The notes: generated by a model not told the origin, from the letters alone. A DNA stretch of 60,834 nucleotides, filler included, from Nitrospirota bacterium (GCA_016180645.1; 3 parts of 3 records of this genome joined end to end with filler, not necessarily neighbours in it), one strand, 5' to 3'. Counted from the first letter of the whole stretch, positions 20,299 to 31,003 are shown. Translations and numbers: made by a program.

Positions 20299-20634
20299 AT
20301 GTGGCGGATTCCCAACGATATTGGTGGCTGGGTACTTCTGGTCGCGGCACTGTTGTTTCTATCGCGTCTGAAATGGAGTGATCTTCGCATGCCCTCTTCG
20401 CCTTTGCGGCGCAGAGTTGTGGTTACGATGCTGCTGATGCTATCGCTTCCGGGGCTGGTATTCTTTGCCTACATCGGCTTCAGGATATTCAAGCCTGTGC
20501 CTGACGTTGCCGGCAAGTATTCAGACATGTTGGCTGACTTTGTTGCCTTCGCGTTGTTTCTGCTGGCCGGTGTAGCGATAGCGTGGTTTCGGTGGAAGTT
20601 GTCTAGACGAAGCGAAGTGCCCCCACACGAATAG
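20299..20634 (+). CDS. Putative immunity membrane protein
   Basis: 3-TM ORF 4 bp after the Rhs CT. Confidence 0.5.
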   Translation: MWRIPNDIGGWVLLVAALLFLSRLKWSDLRMPSSPLRRRVVVTMLLMLSLPGLVFFAYIGFRIFKPVPDVAGKYSDMLADFVAFALFLLAGVAIAWFRWKLSRRSEVPPHE

Positions 20635-20852
20635 AGAAATGAATCGGGTCAGATCGAGCAAGTGGTGACGAAGGTCTTGCCCGGACCTGGTTTTTCCCAA
20701 AGGGACCATGGGGTCAGTCGTCATGGCCGGCTGGCCACCCGCGAACGATGAAAATGATCTTGTAGCGGGTTCATCGTGGCCTACAAGATGTTGCGTGTGG
20801 AAGAGCATTTTCGACGTAGACATGTATATCTTGACAATCTTATGTTCGACAC

Positions 20853-21287
20853 TTGCGATCGAGCGGCCCGGCCCTTTCCACGTTTGAGTACGCGTATGAT
20901 AAGGTAGGGAACAGGACGAGCATGAAGACGCTCGACGGCTTGCACCAATACACATACGATCCCCTCTACCGGCTCACCAAGGCCGATTATCCAAATGGCT
21001 ATCCGTTCAAAGACGAGGAGTTCCAGTACGACCCCGTGGGCAACCGATTGGCCCGCCTGACACCCACGGAACAGGAACGCCTGCACAAGTATGACGCTGC
21101 CAACCGCCTCTTGGAAGACGACCAGTTCAAATACGAGTGGGACATGAACGGCAACATGATTTCCAAGACTCCGAAGTGCCCGACCCCTAACCCCTGTGCC
21201 CTGACCCCTACTCGATACCGTTACGACGCCGAGAACATGCTCGTTCATGCAGCATGCCGGGGGTCAGGTCTTTCGCTGATGCATTGA
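20853..21287 (+). pseudogene. RHS/YD-repeat fragment
   Basis: YAYDKVGNR, YTYDPLYRL, YDAANRL, YDAENML; truncated at both ends. Confidence 0.8.
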
Positions 21288-21467
21288 CAGGCTATTATGC
21301 TCGCATGTCTGGGGCGGTGGCGGGATCGGAACGGACCGTGATTGCGCCTCGCCCGCCTGATGCTCGGGTTCGAATCTTGACGAAGCCCTCGAAGTTCATG
21401 CCATACAACTTGCCATGGTGGTCAGCGCCCAACTTGGCCAGCCGGTTTGACGAGGAACCGAGGATTG

Positions 21468-21511
21468 AGGGGCCATTCCGAAGAACGTCAACGCGAACGG
21501 CGTTGGCACAC
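21468..21511 (-). repeat. Dispersed repeat, copy 2 (inverted, 41/44 identical)
   Basis: AGGGGCCATTCCGAAGAACGTCAACGCGAACGGCGTTGGCACAC. Confidence 0.85.
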
Positions 21512-21642
21512 GCTCGGTGATGGTCTCGCGGCCGAGATTCCTGATCGACTCCTTGACCTCAACCTGCAAAGTGTTCAGTTCGGGTTTACGAATAACTCGA
21601 TGTTCTTTGTTGATCGCCGCCGGGGCGGGGTAGGACCTGACC

Positions 21643-22779
21643 TCAGGCGTGCGGCTTCCGTTCCGATTGGACCCGAAACTTCCAGAGCCCCTTCGCGCGG
21701 TCGACCGGAGCGATAACGTTTTCCCTTGCAAGTAGCTGGAGCCAGCCTTCGATGTCCCGCCGGAGGAAGGCGAGATTCACTTTGAAGTGTTTATTCAGGA
21801 ACCGCTGAATAGCCAGCACCGCGAAGGGTTTCGAGGCGTGGACGAATCGGTGGAACGCCGCCGCCCTCCAGAGTATCTGGACTGCCGATCCACCGTGGAC
21901 TCCCTTCATGAGAGGGACGCTCTCCTTTCCGATCTTGAATTCCAAGAAATCGCGCCAGCGGAAGTCGAGCGGGTGGGGGCCGTCTTCCATTCGCCAGTGG
22001 TCCCGGAGCCGTTGGACCACCTCTTGGATTTTTGGATCCGCCGATCGGCCGGCTTCCTTGAGAAGCGAATCTAACTCAGAGTAGGCCGGGGTCGGCTCGG
22101 CGAGCGCCGTGGCCGCGGACGTGCCTTCGACGGCCAGCTGATAGGCGTGCGCCGCAGGCGCGAGCGTGGTCACCGGTCTGGCGGAGGTGGGGGCGAGGGC
22201 GTTCTCCGGGAACAGAATCTCCCAGAAAGTGCTACTTTCGCCTGAGAAGGCGTATAGCAGCCGTCCGGGCGCGTGCTTCTGGAGGTATCTCTCTCCGGGA
22301 CTCAGCGAGAAACCCCAACCTCTCCGGAGCAGGAAGTGCCGTCCTCCGGTCGAGAACCGTTCCCCTCCGTCCAGGATCCAGATGATCTTTGCACCCGCCT
22401 TCGCGTAGTCGGTCTCCCGCGCCCGGATCTCCCTCGGATCGATGGGAGAGACCTGGCATTCCACCACGTACGGGTATCCCGATCGCTCGAAGTAGACATC
22501 GGCCACTCTCATGATTTTGGGGAAGAAGCGTTCCATCTGCACGGATCGGTTGTCGGGATCCTTGGCGAGGTGTTCGTGGACCGTCTCCTGCATCTGATAG
22601 TGGCGCGGAGTCTTGCCGTGATTGACGCAGGTGGAATGGGCCTTGTGTGCAAAGTGGGGGACTCGAACCGTGCCTTTCCGGAGGATCACCAATTCGGAGC
22701 ACACGGGACATTGGTAGTGATCTCCCCGGCTCGCCGCCCGGGCGGCAGTTCGTTCTCCTTCGTGGATGGCAACCAGCAC
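21643..22779 (-). CDS. CoiA-family nuclease-like protein
   Basis: YQCPVC..VILRKG.VRVPHFAH, RVADVY..VVECQVSPI..RARE..Y. Confidence 0.8.
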   Translation of the reverse strand: MLVAIHEGERTAARAASRGDHYQCPVCSELVILRKGTVRVPHFAHKAHSTCVNHGKTPRHYQMQETVHEHLAKDPDNRSVQMERFFPKIMRVADVYFERSGYPYVVECQVSPIDPREIRARETDYAKAGAKIIWILDGGERFSTGGRHFLLRRGWGFSLSPGERYLQKHAPGRLLYAFSGESSTFWEILFPENALAPTSARPVTTLAPAAHAYQLAVEGTSAATALAEPTPAYSELDSLLKEAGRSADPKIQEVVQRLRDHWRMEDGPHPLDFRWRDFLEFKIGKESVPLMKGVHGGSAVQILWRAAAFHRFVHASKPFAVLAIQRFLNKHFKVNLAFLRRDIEGWLQLLARENVIAPVDRAKGLWKFRVQSERKPHA

Positions 22780-22942
22780 GCGATGAACCTATCACCCCAT
22801 CAGGGGGTGTTCAAAGAAGTGCCGGCCGGACGGGGGGAGTAGATTGGTTGTGAAATTCAGTCGCCGGCTCCCGGCACCTGAGATTTTCGAAGGGCCAAGG
22901 AGAGACGTGCGATCTTTGGAGTGCCGAGCCCTTGCGCTGCGC

Positions 22943-23500
22943 TCAAACCTGCTGTGCGGTCGCCCGCGGAAGCGCCGGCTCGCGGGGGAGGCTCTGTCCG
23001 TTCGATCGTCCGATCTGTGCACGGGCCAGGTCGGCCAGCGCCGATCCGATCCACGGGAGGACAGCGCGGCTCAAGTCCGAATCGTGTGCGAGTACGTTGT
23101 CGCGTATCGTGCGCAAGAGAACAAAAGGATCTTCCGCTGTCGATCCACCCTTCAACATGCAATCCAGCGCCAGCCACAGCTTGGTCCTCGCCCGACTCAG
23201 CAGTTTGTCGTCGTCGGCTTGGTCCACCTCCGTGGTCGCCAGGAGCAGAATGATGGAACGGAGACCCTGAACGATTTCACCCACGGGGCATGGCTTTCGG
23301 GTCTCAGCCTTCTCACGTTGGACGGCGATTCTGAGTTTCGCAAGGGCCTTGCGTTCGGTCTTGAGCACGGCGGCCGGCGTGACCGAGAAGAGTTTTGCGA
23401 GTTGAGCAAGGGTCATGCCCGGTCCTGCCTCTCCTGATGTCGTCGCGGATCCTTCCGGTTCAAGTGCGGCTTCGTCCATCTGCAATACCAGTTGTCTCAT
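22943..23500 (-). CDS. Sigma-70 region-4-like HTH protein
   Basis: MTLAQLAKLFSVT..V..TERKALAKLR; RBS GGAGAGG. Confidence 0.6.
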   Translation of the reverse strand: MRQLVLQMDEAALEPEGSATTSGEAGPGMTLAQLAKLFSVTPAAVLKTERKALAKLRIAVQREKAETRKPCPVGEIVQGLRSIILLLATTEVDQADDDKLLSRARTKLWLALDCMLKGGSTAEDPFVLLRTIRDNVLAHDSDLSRAVLPWIGSALADLARAQIGRSNGQSLPREPALPRATAQQV

Positions 23501-23621
23501 GGCCTCTCCTTTCCCTGATTCATCGGATCACTGTCTCTCTCCCATTGCCTGCATCCTACCATATACCATATCTTAGTACAGAATACTACAGTATGGGTTA
23601 TGGTCCCGATCCGGGGGCGGG

Positions 23622-24113
23622 TCAGGCGGACGGCCGGTTTCGCGAAGGTCCTTCGAGCCAGGCCTCGGCCGGTAGCCACCAGGGGACTCCGGCCTCGCGC
23701 CGATTCCGAACGGCAGCCCGGCTGTCGATCTCGAATCGTTTCTCGATCACCTCGATACTCTCCTCCGTGAACGACACTCCAGCGAGCTCCTCTGACATGA
23801 CTTCGGGGAGGAAGATGCTCCACGTCCCGGTTCCCATGAAGGTCTGGGCCACGTCGTCCTTTTCGTCCAGAGGCTCACCGGGATTCCATGACCATGAAGG
23901 ATTTCCGTCGTTCCGTTTGATCTCCCTGACGAGCGCGATTCGGCGATTTAGAGCGACGGACTGGAGTCGGAGCTTGGTATGGGCATCCAGATCGTTCCAA
24001 GCCACCTCAAGAAGGTACTTCTCCAGGAATAGGAATCTCTCCCTTCGCCCTTCGGGCCCCATGAGATACGCCTCGAAAGGGTCTCCGGCCTCGGTGTCAG
24101 GTTGCCGGACCAT
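23622..24113 (-). CDS. Hypothetical protein
   Basis: 163-aa ORF tightly packed in minus-strand cluster. Confidence 0.55.
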   Translation of the reverse strand: MVRQPDTEAGDPFEAYLMGPEGRRERFLFLEKYLLEVAWNDLDAHTKLRLQSVALNRRIALVREIKRNDGNPSWSWNPGEPLDEKDDVAQTFMGTGTWSIFLPEVMSEELAGVSFTEESIEVIEKRFEIDSRAAVRNRREAGVPWWLPAEAWLEGPSRNRPSA

Positions 24114-24114
24114 C

Positions 24115-24969
24115 TCAGTCGGTTTGGACGATCCGGATCTCCAGTTCCGGATTGGGGCCGGAGGGCCGCGCGAACGGATCTTGGTCTTTCTGAACGGCAG
24201 CTGCGGGTTGGGGGAGGGCGGCGGCAGGAGACAGAATCTCCCAGAATCCTCCTGACACGAAGATCGCCCTTACCGGAACGAGAGCGATCACGATCCAGGC
24301 GGGGATGGCAATGAGGAGATTGAGCGCGGTGGGAAAAGAATGTTCAAGGAGATTGATCCGAGCGCCCGAGTAGATAGAAGCCGCGAACTCACCGAGAAGG
24401 AGGGGCGCATAGCGACTGGGACTGAGGACGGCGTTTCCGGGCTCCAGGATCTGCTCCAGCCAGGCCGCGTAGACGAGGAGCGTGGCCAGAGAGGTCAGTG
24501 CGAACGCGAGCCGGACCGATCGGGTCTGGGCCGGCCTGCGGACGGCCATAAGGAGATCCGGCATCCGAACGAGGACGGCGTGGATTTTCGGCAACCGTTC
24601 AAAAAGGGTTTCCGGCCACCGGCAGACTCGGCTAAGGCCTGATTGGAGCCGGCTGCAATCGGGATCGGCCAGGAGGCAGTAGACCGTCGTGAACACGCCC
24701 ATCCAAAACGTGAAGGCGGCGGCCTGTCCGTGCTGGGCCAGGAGCCAGAGGCTCTGGAGATGGCAGGTTCGTCCGGCCCAAGAAAGCAGGCGTTCGGGGT
24801 GACCGCCCCTGGAGAAGGCGAGCAGCAGGATGCCAACCGCCGAGAGCCGTCGGAGAGGTTTGTAGTCGCCGGCTTTGGCGGATGCGGCCGCCTGCACTGT
24901 GGGTAGCAGGGCGATTACGAACAGGGACTCCACCACGTACGCGAGTCCGGCCCGGCGGTAGAGGGACAT
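24115..24969 (-). CDS. Hypothetical membrane protein
   Basis: Several hydrophobic segments; abuts next gene. Confidence 0.55.
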   Translation of the reverse strand: MSLYRRAGLAYVVESLFVIALLPTVQAAASAKAGDYKPLRRLSAVGILLLAFSRGGHPERLLSWAGRTCHLQSLWLLAQHGQAAAFTFWMGVFTTVYCLLADPDCSRLQSGLSRVCRWPETLFERLPKIHAVLVRMPDLLMAVRRPAQTRSVRLAFALTSLATLLVYAAWLEQILEPGNAVLSPSRYAPLLLGEFAASIYSGARINLLEHSFPTALNLLIAIPAWIVIALVPVRAIFVSGGFWEILSPAAALPQPAAAVQKDQDPFARPSGPNPELEIRIVQTD

Positions 24970-25011
24970 CGAAGCTATCGTCTCGGGATCTCACCCGCTC
25001 TGGCCCCGTGC

Positions 25012-25362
25012 TCATTGCTCTTCATCAGGGTCCTCCTCGAGGGCGTCCTCCACCGCCTGGAAGAATCGGTAGGCGGATGCGGACAGTATGAAGGTGAGCA
25101 AGAGAAATACAATCCACGAACCGCCCCGGACAAGAGGCGGGATCTCGACGCCATTCCGCATCAGATAAGTGCTCCAGATGAGTTCAAAGGCGGCGATCCA
25201 AAAGAGCAGGAAATCGGCGGCGGTTTCCCTGGCGTGCCGGAGGAGGGATCGCTCTGTCGGCGAGAGATCGCGGAGTTTCCGCCGGAGTTCCGACATGGTC
25301 ATGGCGGGGATGCCGAACAAACGGCACGCGGTCTTGAGGGCGGCGTCTCGAATGTTTCTCAT
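25012..25362 (-). CDS. Hypothetical 2-TM protein
   Basis: 116-aa ORF with two TM helices. Confidence 0.55.
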   Translation of the reverse strand: MRNIRDAALKTACRLFGIPAMTMSELRRKLRDLSPTERSLLRHARETAADFLLFWIAAFELIWSTYLMRNGVEIPPLVRGGSWIVFLLLTFILSASAYRFFQAVEDALEEDPDEEQ

Positions 25363-25390
25363 GGGATGAGTCTACCACCCGAAGTCTGTC

Positions 25391-27661
25391 TCATTTACCG
25401 CCATCGTCTGCGAACAGATTTTCCGCAGTGTTTCCATGATTCCTTCTTCTGCGGATGTGCAACACGCGCCGCGCCAGATGTTGGACAACGGCCCCGGCCT
25501 CGACGAACCGCTGTCTGCGTCTGGTATCCTTCATGGTGCATCCAGGCGGCGGGGTCTTCGTCACATGCAGATGGGGTTCCCGGTACATCCGGTGGGCGGC
25601 CTGGACGGAAACGCCAAGGAGGGGAGCTACCTGCCGCACCGGGAGCCAAATCTGGCCTGTGGGACTATCCAGATGTGTGGAAAGCGCCCTTTCCTGGGCA
25701 ATCGGAAAAACGTGAACATAGAACGAGAGCGTCAAAGCCAGCTCAGCGTGACCGGCGAGCTTGGAGGCGGCCTCCAGGGGCATGCCGGCGAGGATCGCCT
25801 GGCAGATGGCCGAAGCCCGCAAGTCGTGCGCGGTCAACCTGCGAGCCAAGACGGTCCGAGACAGCTTGGCGAGCGCTCGATCAAGGTCATGCAAGGTCAG
25901 CCTGGAAGGGAGGATGGGCGGGCCTTCCCATTGGGAGGAGGTGGGTCCCTCAAGGGCAATCGAGCGGTCGATGCCATCCTGCACGAGCGATTTCTCGAGT
26001 TCTTTCCCTCGCTTTACGGCGCACGCGAGGACGATCGACGCCGGAGTGCTCATGAACGGTTGGTACAGAGGCACGCGTCTCCGGGACCGGCGGGTTTTCG
26101 TACCCTCGACCCACATCTCCGGCCAACCCCAAGAATCGACACCGGTTGCCCGCTGACGAGCGGCTTCTCGCTTTCGAAGAGTAAGGGCGCAGAGGGCCGT
26201 CAGCGTGCGGAGGGTTTCCGCCGGAACAGTCCCAACGGATCCGGCTTGCTTGATGAGCCGTTCGACGTCCTGCTGCGTTGGAATGAGCCTCTCCGGTCCC
26301 AAGATTGGGGAAGGGTTGCCGCGAAGTTTTGGAACTTTTCCCGTGCAGCCGGCTGCCGACCACATGAGTGAAAGCGTCCAGCCGTACACCTCCGCGTCAT
26401 TCCACTTTGATGTCCCAACCCGGTTCTTCCCCGGTGGTGAGTTGAGCTGACAAATGGGAAGGCCGCCAAGCCAGTCCAGAAGGGCCGCGCCCGTGGAGAT
26501 GAGTGTGGCAAGCGTGGCTCCACTGGTCGTGTGTTCGGCCTGCGACCGGGCTGCGGCAATGAGGGCCCACAGATTGAAAAGCCGTCCCCCGTTGGAAGGC
26601 GTGGCGAGCGGGCCGGCTTTCGTCTGTCGAAGGACTGGGGACCGGAGGAGGTCTTGGCAGGCGGATTGGAAGCTGCGGGCGGCGTCCAGGCTGTATCGAC
26701 CCTGGAGGTGCCGCCGCCTTGCCAGGCTCAAGTCTTGTCGGATCGCGAGCTCGGGCTTTTCGGGTGGAGAGGCCCAACTCGCCGGCCTGGGGACGTCCGG
26801 CTTCAATCTGGAAGGCTTTGCGATCTCGACAAGACCCGATAGCGCCGAGACCATCCAGGGTGGATAGACCTCGATGAGATAGCGGATTTCGCTCGACCGG
26901 GTCTGAGAGACGGTTCTTGGCCGCGCCTTACCCATGAAAGCGAGCCACTTGAGGTATCCTTCTGGGGAGACCGACTCTCCAATCGGCCGATTGGGGGAGG
27001 AACGAAGCGCCCTCAGCAAGGCGATGCGCTGCATGGGATGGCACGACCAGCGGAGCCATGTGGCTCCCTGGCGCCGATATGCAAGCAGGCCTGATCGGGG
27101 ATCGTAGTCCCGCGCGGGAACAATTCCGCTCACGATCTGGAAAAACTCTTCGCCGCACGGCCCGCCGAAGAGCTGTAGACTTGAGAGCGCCTGCAAACGC
27201 AACTCATCAGCATCATGGTATCCGAGCATGCGATCGAGAAGCAGGTTTTGCCATGTTCGCCACCGGCTCGCCGGGACAAGCGCTCGGTCGAGAGGGTCGA
27301 AGACGGCCTCACGCTGGGGTTTCCCGTGGGCGAGGGGAATCCGAATCGAGATTCTGCCCTCAGCGGCGGACTGGAAGAGCGTGTGAAACAGAAGTGACTC
27401 GGCCTTGTACCGCCGGCTGGCTTGACTCCGTGCCGGAAATCTTTGCCGAATTTTCTCCTGAGCCTCCTGGAGATCCGGCAGATCAAACGCGGTCGGGGCT
27501 TGGGGGTGCTTCGCCAGCCAGGAAGCAAGGATGTCCTCGATCAGACGGGCTTCGGGCCGTTCCTTTTCCGTAGGCGCTTCACCGGTGGAATCAAAGGCGA
27601 GCTCGGAGAGGGCGAGCGCGATTTTCTCGCGAACCTCGGACCTTGGACCGGGCGATGTCAT
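25391..27661 (-). CDS. Large tyrosine recombinase (756 aa)
   Basis: LR.RE, GTKT, HDLRAS, LAGH, FYVH catalytic pattern. Confidence 0.82.
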   Translation of the reverse strand: MTSPGPRSEVREKIALALSELAFDSTGEAPTEKERPEARLIEDILASWLAKHPQAPTAFDLPDLQEAQEKIRQRFPARSQASRRYKAESLLFHTLFQSAAEGRISIRIPLAHGKPQREAVFDPLDRALVPASRWRTWQNLLLDRMLGYHDADELRLQALSSLQLFGGPCGEEFFQIVSGIVPARDYDPRSGLLAYRRQGATWLRWSCHPMQRIALLRALRSSPNRPIGESVSPEGYLKWLAFMGKARPRTVSQTRSSEIRYLIEVYPPWMVSALSGLVEIAKPSRLKPDVPRPASWASPPEKPELAIRQDLSLARRRHLQGRYSLDAARSFQSACQDLLRSPVLRQTKAGPLATPSNGGRLFNLWALIAAARSQAEHTTSGATLATLISTGAALLDWLGGLPICQLNSPPGKNRVGTSKWNDAEVYGWTLSLMWSAAGCTGKVPKLRGNPSPILGPERLIPTQQDVERLIKQAGSVGTVPAETLRTLTALCALTLRKREAARQRATGVDSWGWPEMWVEGTKTRRSRRRVPLYQPFMSTPASIVLACAVKRGKELEKSLVQDGIDRSIALEGPTSSQWEGPPILPSRLTLHDLDRALAKLSRTVLARRLTAHDLRASAICQAILAGMPLEAASKLAGHAELALTLSFYVHVFPIAQERALSTHLDSPTGQIWLPVRQVAPLLGVSVQAAHRMYREPHLHVTKTPPPGCTMKDTRRRQRFVEAGAVVQHLARRVLHIRRRRNHGNTAENLFADDGGK

Positions 27662-30063
27662 GCGAAAGAAGGATCCTTCGGCAGTACGCGGGCGAGAATC
27701 CGGTCTGTAGACTCTCGAAATTCTGACTGGAGAATTGGGATGCTCTCCGAGCTCAACCGGTGATAGACGGTGGTCGTTTCCGTCGTGTGGCCGAAGGCGT
27801 CATTGACGGCTTCGGAGCGGACCCCCTCCAATTCGAGCTGAGTTCTAAGCCAATGCCGGAGATGCGATGGAGCACACGCCTTCCAGTCGTCGTGCAACCC
27901 ATACCTGCAAATCAGGCGGTCCAAATCGCCAAAACGGATGGGTCGCGGTCCGCCGTCCACATGGACGTGAAAAATGTGACGTCGACCCCGTGCGAACCGG
28001 CGGTACACGGGAGAATCCAGGTAACGGGACAACCACCGGGTGACGGATTTCCCGAGGGGGACTTCGCGCGCCTCCCGAAAGAATGAACTCTGTTTACCTT
28101 GGATGCGGAGGAGGGCCGTCGCGGGGTCGAACCTGCTGACATTGAGGTTCCCCAGCTCAACCTTCTCACGGATCCCCGTCCCAGCCAGCACGACACCGGC
28201 TGTGAGCATCGTGAGCAGGTTGAATCGGTCGGATTCGGCTGCGACCGCGGAGAGCGTCCGCCATGCGGCTTCCAGCGTGCGCTTCAGACGTGCCGTATCC
28301 ACGGTGAACATGGCTCCATATTGGCCATCGATAAGGAAGGAGGGTGGGGGAACGGGATCCGTTGCGAGGGGGATCTGGTCGGCTGGGGGGATCACTTGGC
28401 CAACAAGCTCGATCATTCTTGACTGGAGCGTTGAAAATCTTTCCCAGAACGAGCGAGTCGGGTAGGAGACGTAGTGGAGGAGGACGCGTTCGTGATAATT
28501 GGGAGATCCGGAGGACACCGCAGTGAGCAGAGGTGAATAGCCGGCGTTTCGGGCGTACGTCTTGAGCGTCCTGCGGAGCCTCGCGAATGTGAGTCCCGGG
28601 GGAAGCGGAGAGATTGTTCTTCCAGCGATCTGAAGCCACTGGAGAACTTCTGCTTCCGGAATAGGTTTTCCGTTCCGCCGCTGAAGAAAAGGCCCTCCCG
28701 GCGGGGGAGATGATTCCGATCCCCGCCACAAGGCGTTGGCCAGTGGGCCTAAAATTCGGGGCAGGGGGACACGGACCGTATTCAAAGGAGGGCTAGCGTG
28801 CGGGGAAACCCCGGCAGCTCCCGATTCAGGGGCCCGCAGCCAGATGATTCCGGCTTTGGGACAAATGACCACCCAGTCATCGGTACGACTTGCCAACATG
28901 GGTTCTTTCTTCCGCAGCCATTCTTCGATCACCGCGGGCGGACCATTCCATATGGTCGCTTTCATCAGGCGACTCTCCGGGATGCCGGTAAAAGCCGCGA
29001 GGCCCAGGAAGTACCAAGGTCTGATTTCCCGCCCTACGTCGCCCGCGCGGCAGATCCGTATCACCAGCCGGGTGAGTTCATTCGGAGTGAGCGCGGTTCC
29101 GTCCCAGATCTGGGGATACCAGTCGGATCTCGGTGCGGACCGGCTCCAATTGAAGGACAATCCTTTCGGCTGAATCCACTCAGCCTCCTCGAGAGGATGC
29201 GAAGGGTCATCCGCTATTTGCTCCGGGCATGCCAGGAGAGCCCGCCGGGAGCCGTCCGCCTCGGAAGGCATGAGGGCCATCACTCGAATTGGACTGCCAC
29301 TTGCCGATCGACCGCAATACCGAGCGAGTTCAGGCCACTGGTCCGACGTGCAGATTCTTTGCCGCGCAAATGCGGACTTCTTGATGGAGAGGGCCTTGGC
29401 CACGCTTTCGGCATACTGCAACGCCGTGTGCTCAAGCTTGATTCCCCTTTGTGACAATCGATAGGCCCGGAAAGCCTCGAAGATATCTTGATAGGCGACT
29501 TGGCCGATGACCCTCTCTCCGGCGAGGCGCGAGGTCGGGAAGAAGTGAATGAACATTGCAAGCACGTACGGCAGGCGCTGGACCTCATCGCGTTGAACGT
29601 CCGCCCTCTGGGGCCAGTGTACCAAGGCTTGTTCGAGTGCACCCGTGCAGATTGGCAAGAGCGTCCGCAACGCGGGGGGGCGTTTCTTGGTTGCTGCGTG
29701 AGCGCGCGTGACCTGGTGAAGAAAGTATCGGATGGGATCGCGAGAGAGTTCCGGAACTTCGGTGATCTGGGGCCACAGTGGAGACAGCTTGCGCAGGACG
29801 GCAAACACCTTCCGTCCGCTGGCCGCCGATTCTCCGGACGGCTCGATCACCTGTCGTAGGACGGAAGCGGCGTGCTGAAGATGGACAAGTCCATAGAGGG
29901 GGTCGGCGGGACGGTGTGGACAGGAGGGAATCGATCGGAGGACATTGTGAAGCGACTCGATCATGTCGGGATTTGATTGTGAGAGGCGCACGAAGGTCGC
30001 CATGAAGCCTTTGGGCAGGGTGAACGGGGCCTCGGTTCGGGCTAGACCGGTATTGTCTGACAT
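27658..30063 (-). CDS. Large tyrosine recombinase-like protein (801 aa)
   Basis: TGIRE, IQGK, SHLRHWLRT, AFGH, VYHR at C-terminus; ATGA overlap with partner. Confidence 0.75.
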   Translation of the reverse strand: MSDNTGLARTEAPFTLPKGFMATFVRLSQSNPDMIESLHNVLRSIPSCPHRPADPLYGLVHLQHAASVLRQVIEPSGESAASGRKVFAVLRKLSPLWPQITEVPELSRDPIRYFLHQVTRAHAATKKRPPALRTLLPICTGALEQALVHWPQRADVQRDEVQRLPYVLAMFIHFFPTSRLAGERVIGQVAYQDIFEAFRAYRLSQRGIKLEHTALQYAESVAKALSIKKSAFARQRICTSDQWPELARYCGRSASGSPIRVMALMPSEADGSRRALLACPEQIADDPSHPLEEAEWIQPKGLSFNWSRSAPRSDWYPQIWDGTALTPNELTRLVIRICRAGDVGREIRPWYFLGLAAFTGIPESRLMKATIWNGPPAVIEEWLRKKEPMLASRTDDWVVICPKAGIIWLRAPESGAAGVSPHASPPLNTVRVPLPRILGPLANALWRGSESSPPPGGPFLQRRNGKPIPEAEVLQWLQIAGRTISPLPPGLTFARLRRTLKTYARNAGYSPLLTAVSSGSPNYHERVLLHYVSYPTRSFWERFSTLQSRMIELVGQVIPPADQIPLATDPVPPPSFLIDGQYGAMFTVDTARLKRTLEAAWRTLSAVAAESDRFNLLTMLTAGVVLAGTGIREKVELGNLNVSRFDPATALLRIQGKQSSFFREAREVPLGKSVTRWLSRYLDSPVYRRFARGRRHIFHVHVDGGPRPIRFGDLDRLICRYGLHDDWKACAPSHLRHWLRTQLELEGVRSEAVNDAFGHTTETTTVYHRLSSESIPILQSEFRESTDRILARVLPKDPSFA

Positions 30064-30158
30064 GTGTACATATTATTATGTATAGGTATCTCAGGTATAG
30101 GAATAATGATAAAGTTTATTTTTAGTCCAAGCGCAGGAGGCTTGATCTAGCGGCCCGA

Positions 30159-30340
30159 GCGGACCTTGGCCATCTTCTCCTGGGTGCGTGTGGTCCAGAA
30201 ACTCGTTTGCTGGCTTGCTGGGCTCCCGATCATTACGGCTGGGCGTGCCGGGATCGGGTCTCATGGCCTGATGACGGCCGCCAACCCCGGGAGCGCGACG
30301 TCGGTCGGGGAGTCGGACAGGACTCGACGGGGATGCTCAT
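30159..30340 (+). repeat. ~182-bp direct repeat, copy 1
   Basis: Aligns end to end with 31470-31652. Confidence 0.9.
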
Positions 30341-30670
30341 TTTGTGGACCGCAGGCGGTCAGAGGCATGGTTCGTAAGATGCCGTGGAGGAGCGCGGTCA
30401 CCGCGCCGCAGCTTGACGATGGTGGGCGCCTTCGGCGTCGTTTGATCCGGAGGACGTGCCTACGAAATCGCCTCCGTCCAAACCCAGTCGGGCAAGAGGT
30501 ACGTATCGGTGTGGGCCTACAGCGCTCGGGGGCGGATCATCAGGCAGTTCCTCACCGATGCGGATGCGGCACGCGAAATCGGCACGATGTTGCCGCGGGT
30601 GGATGGCGATCCGCCCGCGGCGGGAGCGATGACATTCCCCCGTGACCGGAGTATCCTTGGGAAAGGAGCG

Positions 30671-31003
30671 ATGAAGAGGAAAAGCCAATCTGTAAACGGA
30701 AATATCCGCAAAATGGTTCGCCGGATCGTCGCGCAGTTCCGTCCGGAACAGGTCTACCTGTTCGGATCTCGTGCGCGAGGGAGCGAGAGAAAGGACAGCG
30801 ATGCGGACCTGCTTGTGGTCATGCCCGTGGAAGGGTCCAAGCGGGAGAAGCGCTTGGCCATTCGCGGCGCGTTGCATGACATACCCATGGCCGTTGACGT
30901 AGTGGTTGTCACCCCGAACGAAATGGAAAGCTGGAAAGACATCCCGGCCACGATCCCGCGGGTGGCACTCAAGGAGGGAAAGCTTCTCTATGCCCGATCC
31001 TGA
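30671..31003 (+). CDS. Minimal nucleotidyltransferase (MNT) antitoxin
   Basis: YLFGSRARG..DSDADLLVV; RBS AAGGAG. Confidence 0.9.
   Translation: MKRKSQSVNGNIRKMVRRIVAQFRPEQVYLFGSRARGSERKDSDADLLVVMPVEGSKREKRLAIRGALHDIPMAVDVVVVTPNEMESWKDIPATIPRVALKEGKLLYARS

Noticed and set aside
18669-21511. Inverted repeat copies appearing to flank the Rhs region like transposon ends
   Set aside because: They lie on different contigs separated by an artificial linker, so orientation and distance are meaningless
30260-30285. CTGATGA in the 182-bp repeat as a hammerhead ribozyme core
   Set aside because: No correctly placed stem II/GAAA or cleavage triplet in both copies
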